From Candidatus Cloacimonadota bacterium (lineage in GTDB: Bacteria; Cloacimonadota; Cloacimonadia; Cloacimonadales; TCS61), in contig JASUTE010000005.1 in assembly GCA_030445745.1 (NCBI GenBank), forward strand, positions 68,501 to 132,500: 64,000 nt of DNA, in the 5' to 3' direction. A program made the translations under genes and the position numbers. The notes beneath the pieces were generated by a model. That model was given only the letters and a program-made list of their open reading frames with translations, was not told the DNA's origin and made no database searches. Positions within the stretch are counted from its first letter, which is position 1, and each line of letters begins with the position of its first letter. Of the stretch, positions 27,993 to 34,885 are shown piece after piece.

Positions 27993-28263
27993 TTGTCTCC
28001 TCCTTTTTATCTTCCAAAATTTCGTAGTCTTTGCTTTCTATTACGGTGTGCTCTTGCTGCTCGATATTTTTCTTTTTGCTACCCAGTTTACGGAATATCT
28101 TGCGGGAAATGCTATCTGGTTTGCGCAGATCGTTTATGATAGCACCAACTAAGGGTGCTACAACGGTCTTCCAAAAAGAAAAATTTCTCCCGCCGCTATT
28201 TGTTGTATTATTTCTACGACGACGACCATGACCACGCGGGCCAGTTCCATCTCTATTTGGCAT
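27982..28263 (-). CDS. DUF5320-like small protein (paralog, basic N-terminus, acidic tail)
   Basis: 93 aa. It has the same 'MPNRDGTGP' start, and 20 nt are identical between 28244-28263 and 27973-27992. GAGGAGAG SD. It overlaps the next gene by 11 nt. Confidence 0.65.
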   Translation of the reverse strand: MPNRDGTGPRGHGRRRRNNTTNSGGRNFSFWKTVVAPLVGAIINDLRKPDSISRKIFRKLGSKKKNIEQQEHTVIESKDYEILEDKKEETNAK

Positions 28264-28309
28264 CTTAACTCTCCTCGTTTAATTTAATAGTTTTGAACAT
28301 ATGTTAAAT

Positions 28310-28338
28310 AAAATAAGTTGACTGGGCGGGCTTGTCAA
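28310..28338 (-). promoter_or_regulatory. Candidate sigma-70-type promoter for the DUF5320 operon
   Basis: The minus strand reads TTGACA (28338-28333), a 17-nt spacer, then TATTTT (28315-28310). This is about 45 nt upstream of the ATG at 28263. Confidence 0.3.
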
Positions 28339-28361
28339 ATATTTAATCTTAAAATTGTTAG

Positions 28362-28390
28362 AAAAAAAACCACTCTGTCTGATAGAGTGG
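28362..28390 (-). terminator. Rho-independent terminator downstream of the sigma-factor pair
   Basis: The minus strand reads CCACTCT-atcagac-AGAGTGG followed by T8 (plus-strand A-run at 28362-28369). The plus-strand side is also followed by T-rich sequence, so it may be bidirectional. Confidence 0.6.
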
Positions 28391-28552
28391 CTTTTGGTGC
28401 TTTTTTTTCTTATTATCATAGTATTCATCCATATCTAAATTAATTTGAGCCATTATTCTCCTCTTTATTTTGATTTTTGCTTAACCCAAGTTAAGAAGAA
28501 TGAATTTTGGCTCAATTATTTTTAACCACTTTTTGGATGTTATCTTTCTGAA

Positions 28553-29527
28553 TTATGCTTCACTTTTATCTCGGCTATATATTACTTTTATTTCCCCTTT
28601 GCCGTTTATGAATTCCATAATTTCTTCTCTTTTCATTTTTAAGGTTCCATCTTTTTTGGTTTGCATTATTATGTCTTTGATTTCTTTATCAACTTGAAAT
28701 TCTAATATCTTTTGAGGTGGTTGAGGAAATTGAATTATCTTAATAGCATTTTCATTATAGATTTCAAATTTTGTGATGAAACAAGAAAAAAAACCATCTA
28801 AATTGTAGTAGTTTACATAAAGTTCATACGTTTTATTATCTATCAATTTTATGCTATAATTTAATATTTTTTTTATATGAATATCTGGTATTTTCGAAGG
28901 TATTTCACATTCCCGGAAATATAGCTTCATCTTTTCTAAAGAATTTGTTTCTAAGGCATTTTTGAATTTTTTAATAAAGTTAATTAAATTTTCATGCAGT
29001 TTAGCACCAACAATAGCCCTAGAAGCTATCATACCATGTTGTTTGTTATACTCAGCTCGTATTTCCCTTTTTAAGCGATAGAGGCGTTTACGTAAAGTGG
29101 AGTAACTAATCCCCTTTTTTATAGCTACTTGGCGAAGTTTTCTACCTTCGGCAATATATTTCTGCAAAAGTTCTTTATCAGATTCTTTTAAATCAATATT
29201 GTTTTCTTCCAAAACCTCCGAGAGTGTTTTAATCTGTTTATCCTCTAAAAAAGTTTCAGTATAGATGTTCTCTATTTTGTTAAAATCTACCGGGTTATTC
29301 AAAACATCTCTTTTCTGTTTCTTAAGCAGGTCAATAGCAGCATTCTTGGTGACTTTCTGGATCCAGCTTCTTAACTTTTCAGAATCTATCTTAGCAGAGT
29401 TTAAATAGTATTTCATATATACTAATACAAGAACATCTTCTTGGTCTTCTTGATTAGTTAGGTATTTTTTTAGTACTGGGATTGAATATCTCTTTATTTT
29501 GGAATATAATGTTTTATCTGCCTGCAT
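28553..29527 (-). CDS. ECF-like sigma-70 family factor with ~150-aa C-terminal extension (paralog 1)
   Basis: 324 aa. Region-2-like 'EDVLVLVYMKYY...LRSWIQKVTKNAAIDLLKK'. Region-4 HTH 'LLQKYIAEGRKLRQVAIKKGISYSTLRKRLYRLKREI'. The C-terminal domain is shared with the neighbouring gene. Confidence 0.7.
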   Translation of the reverse strand: MQADKTLYSKIKRYSIPVLKKYLTNQEDQEDVLVLVYMKYYLNSAKIDSEKLRSWIQKVTKNAAIDLLKKQKRDVLNNPVDFNKIENIYTETFLEDKQIKTLSEVLEENNIDLKESDKELLQKYIAEGRKLRQVAIKKGISYSTLRKRLYRLKREIRAEYNKQHGMIASRAIVGAKLHENLINFIKKFKNALETNSLEKMKLYFRECEIPSKIPDIHIKKILNYSIKLIDNKTYELYVNYYNLDGFFSCFITKFEIYNENAIKIIQFPQPPQKILEFQVDKEIKDIIMQTKKDGTLKMKREEIMEFINGKGEIKVIYSRDKSEA

Positions 29528-29544
29528 AATAATGGATTTTCTGG

Positions 29545-30528
29545 CTATTCTTCACTTTTATCTTGGTTATATATTTCTTTCATTTTACCTTTGCCTTTAA
29601 GGAATTCCATAATTTCTTCTCTTTTCATTTTTAAAGTTCCATCTTTTTGGGTTTGCATTATCGTTTCAATTATTGTCTTATCAAGATTTACTTTTATTAT
29701 TTTTTGTGGTGGTTTGGGAAATTCAACTATTTTTATAGAATTTTCATTATAGATTTCAAAAATCGTGATAAAACTCGAAAAAATTCCTTCTAAATTGAGA
29801 TAATTAACAAATAATTTGTATTTTTTATTATCAAGTAGTTTAATATCATAATCTAAAATTTCTTTTATTTTGATATCTGGAATTTTGTGAGATATTTCAC
29901 ATTCCCGGAAATATAGCTTCATCTTTTCTAAAGAATTTGTTTCTAAAGCATTTTTGAATTTTTTAAGAAAGTTTTGCAGATTTTCATGCAGTTTGGCCCC
30001 AACAATTAGGCGAGAAGCTATAATACCCTGCTGTTTATTGTATTCTGCCCTAATATCTGCTTTTAATCGATATATCCTTTTTTTTATTGCAGCAAAACTG
30101 GTACGGCGCCGATAAGCTAATTTTTTTATTTTAAATCCGGATTTGATATACCTTTCCAATAGCTGGCGCTCTGGTTGCGAAATAATCTTGCTATAATCTT
30201 TCAATATATCATCTAATGACTTAACTTCTTGCTTCTTTTTATCTTTAGTAAGAAAACTTTCGGTGATTATGTTTTCGAGGTCATCAAAATTGAGAGTTTT
30301 TTGGGAAATTTGGTGTTTTTTAGATTTATTATAATCTATACTGGCATTTTTAGCAACTGTGATTATCCAATTATTCAGGTTTTCTTTTTGTAGTTTGTCT
30401 TCATGCAAGTAATATTTAATTAATACTGTTTGAGCCAGGTCTTCTCTATCTTCCTGATTGCTAACATATTTACAAATAGTTCTGTAAGCTAAATTTTTAA
30501 CCTTCTGGTATAATTTTTCTTCCTGCAT
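29545..30528 (-). CDS. ECF-like sigma-70 family factor with ~150-aa C-terminal extension (paralog 2)
   Basis: 327 aa. Region-2-like 'EDLAQTVLIKYY...LNNWIITVAKNASIDYNK'. Region-4 HTH 'LLERYIKSGFKIKKLAYRRRTSFAAIKKRIYRLKADI'. A 17-nt gap separates it from paralog 1. Confidence 0.7.
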   Translation of the reverse strand: MQEEKLYQKVKNLAYRTICKYVSNQEDREDLAQTVLIKYYLHEDKLQKENLNNWIITVAKNASIDYNKSKKHQISQKTLNFDDLENIITESFLTKDKKKQEVKSLDDILKDYSKIISQPERQLLERYIKSGFKIKKLAYRRRTSFAAIKKRIYRLKADIRAEYNKQQGIIASRLIVGAKLHENLQNFLKKFKNALETNSLEKMKLYFRECEISHKIPDIKIKEILDYDIKLLDNKKYKLFVNYLNLEGIFSSFITIFEIYNENSIKIVEFPKPPQKIIKVNLDKTIIETIMQTQKDGTLKMKREEIMEFLKGKGKMKEIYNQDKSEE

Positions 30529-30588
30529 AAAAATATTCCTATATTAAACATTGGCTAATCATTTTAAAAGCAATCACTTAGTCCACTT

Positions 30589-30620
30589 TTCGTCCCCTTT
30601 CTACAAAAATATCGTATATA
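30589..30620 (+). promoter_or_regulatory. Bipartite promoter-like motif, copy 1 (TTCGTCCCCTTT-N12-CGTATATA)
   Basis: An exact 12-nt left box sits at 30589-30600 and an 8-nt right box at 30613-30620, with the same 12-nt spacing as copy 2. Read as TCGTCC-N17-CGTATA it has the geometry of an ECF-type promoter. Confidence 0.45.
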
Positions 30621-30762
30621 ACAGTAGAAGGAGGAACTAAAGATAAAAAATAGATTGAATTATTATCGTCAATAAATATATCGTGGCTTGGTGATAGAAA
30701 GAGGGAAATTGTGCATTTTAAGGATGCTGTAATTGTAATTATTGTAAGCAGTTAACTTAGAA

Positions 30763-30794
30763 TTCGTCCCCTTTTTCAGTTTTGTTCGTATATA
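30763..30794 (+). promoter_or_regulatory. Bipartite promoter-like motif, copy 2 (TTCGTCCCCTTT-N12-CGTATATA)
   Basis: Identical boxes at 30763-30774 and 30787-30794. It ends 20 nt before the AGGAGG (30815-30820) of the 65-aa ORF. Confidence 0.5.
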
Positions 30795-30825
30795 TAAGTG
30801 AAAGCAAAAATATTAGGAGGCTACG

Positions 30826-31023
30826 ATGAAAAAGTTTTTATTAGTTATTTTTTTAATCAGTGTATTGACCAGTGGATTATTTGCAGTTGAATCGAATATA
30901 GATACAAGTAAATTGGAAGAGATTAGCTGGGAAGAAGTAGGAGATAATGCTGTTATATATGAAGTTGGTGATGGTTATTGTATCGTTGTAATAGGTGATG
31001 ATGTTTACATTGTTTTCGAATAG
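30826..31023 (+). CDS. Small exported protein (65 aa, signal peptide + acidic ~45-aa mature part)
   Basis: AGGAGG lies 5 nt upstream. 'MKKFLLVIFLISVLTSGLFA/VES' looks like a Sec signal. The mature part is rich in E, D, V and I. I recognise no family. Confidence 0.6.
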   Translation: MKKFLLVIFLISVLTSGLFAVESNIDTSKLEEISWEEVGDNAVIYEVGDGYCIVVIGDDVYIVFE

Positions 31024-31033
31024 AGGATAAATC

Positions 31034-31258
31034 ATGAAAGTTCGCGATGAGATCCGGAAAATGCTCTACGAAATGGAATTGGAGAATCCTGGAATATTGG
31101 ATAGATATTCGGAAAAGGATATAAACAGGATACCGGAGATAAAAGCGATACTTGAACAGAAAAAATTCAAAAAAATAATAAATTTCAAAGTAGTTAGAAA
31201 AAATAAAAATGAACAATTGGAGTCTCTTAAGTCAATAAAGTTTAATTTTTTAATATAA
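31034..31258 (+). CDS. Small hypothetical protein (74 aa, charged, no signal peptide)
   Basis: GAGGA lies 6 nt upstream, 10 nt after the preceding stop. A strong terminator follows. I recognise no family. Confidence 0.5.
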   Translation: MKVRDEIRKMLYEMELENPGILDRYSEKDINRIPEIKAILEQKKFKKIINFKVVRKNKNEQLESLKSIKFNFLI

Positions 31259-31294
31259 TTTCTCTCTAAATTCCTCTCTAAAACTAATAAAGTG

Positions 31295-31328
31295 GCCACT
31301 CTTGCCCGCAGAGTGGCTCTTTTTTTTT
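31295..31328 (+). terminator. Rho-independent terminator after the small-gene pair
   Basis: An 8-bp stem, GCCACTCT (31295-31302) with AGAGTGGC (31310-31317), has a 7-nt loop and is followed by TCTTTTTTTTT. Confidence 0.7.
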
Positions 31329-31378
31329 GACATAATTGCCAACTTAAAGAAAATAACAAAAAAGATTGGAGTTAGAAA

Positions 31379-31783
31379 ATGCAAAAATTAGGGAATCATA
31401 AAAATTATGATGTGGAAGAGTTAAATAATATAGAAAACCAAGCTGATATCTTCGATATCTTCGAAAATCCGCACCCGGATATGGATTATGTGATTCGTTC
31501 TGAAACTGCAGAATTTACCGCTATTTGTCCAATAACAGGTCAGCCAGATTTTGGGAAAATCATCATTGAAACTACTCCTGATAAGTATTGTATTGAACTG
31601 AAATCTTTAAAGATGTATCTGTTATCGTTTAGAAACAGAGGTATTTTCCATGAAGCGGTAACTGGGAAAATTGCTAAAGATATTATCGATACCATTAAAC
31701 CAAAATGGCTAAAAGTCACTGGGGAGTTTTCTGTAAGAGGTGGCATTTCCACTACTGTAGTTTTCGAGTATCCACAAAAGTAA
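31379..31783 (+). CDS. queF: NADPH-dependent 7-cyano-7-deazaguanine (preQ0) reductase, type I
   Basis: 134 aa. 'EFTAICPITGQPDFGKIIIE' carries the catalytic Cys and the QueF motif, with 'ELKSLKMYLLSFRNRGIFHE' following. Confidence 0.92.
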   Translation: MQKLGNHKNYDVEELNNIENQADIFDIFENPHPDMDYVIRSETAEFTAICPITGQPDFGKIIIETTPDKYCIELKSLKMYLLSFRNRGIFHEAVTGKIAKDIIDTIKPKWLKVTGEFSVRGGISTTVVFEYPQK

Positions 31784-31792
31784 AATTTTGAA

Positions 31793-31869
31793 TGGTGTGC
31801 CCGAGAGGATTCGAACCCCCGACACCCAGAACCGGAATCTGGTGCTCTATCCAGCTGAGCTACGGGCAC
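31793..31869 (-). tRNA. tRNA-Arg (anticodon CCG), CCA encoded
   Basis: The reverse complement folds by hand. Acceptor GTGCCCG/CGGGCAC, D-arm GCTC-AGCTGGATA-GAGC, anticodon arm CCAGA-TTCCGGT-TCTGG, T-arm GGGGG-TTCGAAT-CCTCT, discriminator A, then CCA. Confidence 0.9.
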
Positions 31870-31989
31870 ACATAATGCCAAACTTATAACCTCCATTTTT
31901 TATGCAACTATTTTTTAATAACTTCTCAACTTGTTAATCTGATATTGACATATAAATTAGAGTTCCTTTTTTTGTTTAAAAGGTGGAAA

Positions 31990-32598
31990 ATGGATTTAGA
32001 ACAAAAACGAAAATTTTTTATTATAGAAGAGAGGGAGCTGAATTTTCAGCAAATTTATGGAAATTCTGCCCCTATACATCTGGAAATAGGATGCGGTAAG
32101 GGTGAATTTTTAGCGATGAAATCCCGAGTGATATGGGATAAGAATTTTTTGGGAATAGAGGTAAAACCAAAAAGAATAAAAAGCACGCTAAAAAAGCTAG
32201 AACCACAGCACCACAGTAATGTTCGTCTTCTGCAAATGTTTGTTGATGCGCAATCCAGCCAAATTTTTCCGCCAAATTCCATCGAGATGATCTACATCAA
32301 TCATCCTGATCCCTGGCCCAAAAGAAAGCATCATAAAAGAAGATTATTGCAAGATGAATTTATCGATATATTACACAGAATATTGGTTCCAGGTGGGATT
32401 TTACAGATAATTACAGACCATGTAGCTTATGCAGAATGGATAACGAAAAAATTCCTGTCCAGGTCAGATTTTCGTAGCAAATATGAAGGTGGTTATACCA
32501 AAATCCCCTTTGAAGGACATATTGTAACTTATTTTGAAAAAATAAAAAGATTAGAAGGCAATGATCCGATTTTTATGAAATATAAAAAGGTAGGATAA
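31990..32598 (+). CDS. trmB: tRNA (guanine-N7)-methyltransferase
   Basis: 'HLEIGCGKGEFL', 'NFLGIEV' and 'IYINHPDPWPKRKHHKRRL' are TrmB signatures. AAGGTGGA precedes the ATG at 31990; the track ORF starts at 31945. Confidence 0.9.
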   Translation: MDLEQKRKFFIIEERELNFQQIYGNSAPIHLEIGCGKGEFLAMKSRVIWDKNFLGIEVKPKRIKSTLKKLEPQHHSNVRLLQMFVDAQSSQIFPPNSIEMIYINHPDPWPKRKHHKRRLLQDEFIDILHRILVPGGILQIITDHVAYAEWITKKFLSRSDFRSKYEGGYTKIPFEGHIVTYFEKIKRLEGNDPIFMKYKKVG

Positions 32599-32599
32599 A

Positions 32600-33757
32600 G
32601 TGGATAAAAATAAATTACAGGAGATCTATCAGAAAAATATTAAGATGATAGACGATAATTTTAGCCAATATGCCACTCATAACAATCGAGCATATCGCTT
32701 AAAAGCTGAAGATAATGATTATACCAGAACTCAGTTTGCTATCGATAGAGATCGCATTCTGTACAGCGGGGCTTATCGGCGCTATCAGGGTAAAACTCAG
32801 GTTTTTTCTTTTACGAATCTTTTCGACGAAGAGATGAGCAATCGTAGTCTGCACACTACCTATGTTTCGCAGATCTCGCGCACAATTGGCAAAAACTTGC
32901 ATCTGAATACCGAATTAATCGAAGCTATAGCACTGGGTCACGATTTGGGGCATACACCTTTTGGTCATGATGGCGAAGTAGCACTTAGCAAAGTTTGTAA
33001 GCAGTATGGAATAGGTGCTTTTCATCATAATATTGAAAGTATGCACATTGTGGATCATATTTCCAACCGGGGTAAAGGCCTGAATTTAACTTTTCAAGTA
33101 CGAGACGGCATAATTTCGCACGATGGCGAAGTTCATAATGCCAAATTGATTCCTAAAGCAGATAAAACAGAAGCTGATATTCAAAATTATATTGAAAAAA
33201 TGAAAAGTGGCCAAAAAGTGAGTTGGATGCCTGCTACCTTGGAAGGCTGTGTTGTTAGAATCTCGGATACTATTGCTTATATTGGCCAGGATATAGAAGA
33301 TGCTATCCGTTATAAAATTCTACAACGCCAAGATCTTCCCAAAGATTGTGTGGCTCATTTGGGCAACACCAATAGCCAAATTATCGATACCCTGGTGAAA
33401 AGTGTGGTACTTACCAGCTACAATAAAGACTATATCGCTTTCGACGAAGATACTTCCAATTATCTTCTGAAGCTAAAAAAATTCAACTATGATAATATTT
33501 ATACAAATGCCAGTGTAAAAGAATCTAAGCGTATCATCAATCGCAGCACTGAAATTTTATTCAACCAGTATATGGAAGATATAGAAACACATAATTCTAA
33601 CTCAAAAATATTTAAGCATTTCCTAAACAAAAAAACACCGGAATATTGCCAAAAATTCAGCAATGCTGAAAAAGTGCGTGATTTTCTGGCTACTATGACC
33701 GATAGATATTTTAACGAAGAGGTGAAACACTATCTGTTACCGGGTAGGTTCTTATAA
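32600..33757 (+). CDS. dGTP triphosphohydrolase-like HD-domain protein
   Basis: 385 aa. 'FAIDRDRILYSGAYRRYQGKTQVF', 'NRSLHTTYVSQISR' and the HD motif 'ALGHDLGHTPFGHDGE'. GTG start. Confidence 0.88.
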   Translation: MDKNKLQEIYQKNIKMIDDNFSQYATHNNRAYRLKAEDNDYTRTQFAIDRDRILYSGAYRRYQGKTQVFSFTNLFDEEMSNRSLHTTYVSQISRTIGKNLHLNTELIEAIALGHDLGHTPFGHDGEVALSKVCKQYGIGAFHHNIESMHIVDHISNRGKGLNLTFQVRDGIISHDGEVHNAKLIPKADKTEADIQNYIEKMKSGQKVSWMPATLEGCVVRISDTIAYIGQDIEDAIRYKILQRQDLPKDCVAHLGNTNSQIIDTLVKSVVLTSYNKDYIAFDEDTSNYLLKLKKFNYDNIYTNASVKESKRIINRSTEILFNQYMEDIETHNSNSKIFKHFLNKKTPEYCQKFSNAEKVRDFLATMTDRYFNEEVKHYLLPGRFL

Positions 33758-33774
33758 AATTTTAAGGAGATAAG

Positions 33775-34885
33775 ATGGAATTGAATGATTTTTATAAGCA
33801 AACTGATGAGCTGATCGAGAGGATTCAAGAGATCAGGAGGTTACTTTGACCCGCAAGGGCTAGATAACCAAATTTCCCAACTGGATGAAAAGATGAAACA
33901 ACCCGATTTTTGGGAAAATCCGCAGCAGGCTAAACTGATAACCAAAGAGGTGAGCTCGTTGCGCGAAAAAAAAACTGAATATAATAAAATTATCGATATC
34001 GAAGAGGAATTGGCAACCTATAAGTTACTTTTGGCAGAAGAAGAAAGTGCCGAATTTTTGCAGGAAGCTTCCCGCAAATTAGCCGAGTACGAAAAATTTA
34101 TAGATAAAGCTGAAACCCGTTTTTTACTAAGCGATACAACAGACAACAATAGCGCTGTGCTCACTATTCATCCCGGAGCGGGCGGAACTGAATCTCAGGA
34201 TTGGGCTGAAATGCTGTTTAGAATGTACACTCGCTGGGCAGAAAAACAAAATTATTCCACCAAAATAATAGATTACCAACCCGGCGATGAAGCAGGAATA
34301 AAAAGCGTAACTATGGAAATAGATGGTGAATATGCTTTTGGCTATCTGAAATGTGAAATTGGCATTCATAGATTAGTGCGAATTTCACCATTTAATGCCC
34401 AGGGTAAAAGACAAACCTCATTTGCTTCGGTGTATGTGTATCCCATGGTGGAAGATGATATCGAAGTAGATATAAATCCTAAGGATATCAAAATTGATAC
34501 ATACCGAGCTAGTGGAGCTGGTGGGCAACATGTAAATACCACAGATTCAGCAGTTCGCATTACTCATCTGCCCACGAATATTATTGTACAATGCCAGAAC
34601 GAGCGTTCCCAAATAAAAAACCGCGAAACAGCAATGAAGATTTTAAAAGCTCGTCTCTACCAGCATTATCAGGAACAAAAAGAGAAAGAACGTCAAAAGT
34701 TGGAAGATGATAAAACCGATATTGGCTGGGGCAATCAAATTCGTTCCTACGTTTTTCATCCCTACCAAATGGTAAAAGATCATCGTACCAATCACGAAAC
34801 AGGTAATACTTCTGCAGTTATGGATGGTGATATTAATGAATTTATCTACACTTTTTTAAAATTTAAAGCCAAAAAGGAAAACTAA
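33775..34885 (+). CDS. prfB: Peptide chain release factor 2 (requires programmed +1 frameshift at 33847)
   Basis: Frame 0 gives MELNDFYKQTDELIERIQEIRRLL and stops at TGA 33847-33849. The +1 frame from 33848 continues DPQGLDNQISQLDEKMKQPDFW and on to 34885. RF2 motifs 'SPF' and 'SGAGGQHVNTTDSAVR' are present. Confidence 0.95.
33835..33850 (+). promoter_or_regulatory. prfB +1 frameshift site (internal SD + CTT TGA C)
   Basis: AGGAGG (33835-33840), then TTA, then CTT TGA C. This is identical in architecture to the canonical RF2 autoregulatory recoding site. Confidence 0.9.

Noticed and set aside
27004-28231. Plus-strand ORFs (133, 108, 100, 82 and 66 aa) across the NifX-like/VOC/DUF5320 operon.
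   Set aside because: They are mirror frames of the minus-strand genes. Those opposite the Gly-rich DUF5320 genes are Pro/Ala/Cys-rich artefacts. The minus-strand genes have SD sequences and family motifs.
31259-31378. Looked for a preQ1 riboswitch upstream of queF.
   Set aside because: The leader contains only the upstream terminator and an A-rich stretch. I could not find the compact preQ1-I hairpin with its conserved loop and A-rich tail pattern.
31540-31896. 118-aa minus-strand ORF overlapping queF and the tRNA.
   Set aside because: Its 5' part is simply the tRNA-Arg gene read as protein, and the rest is antisense to queF.
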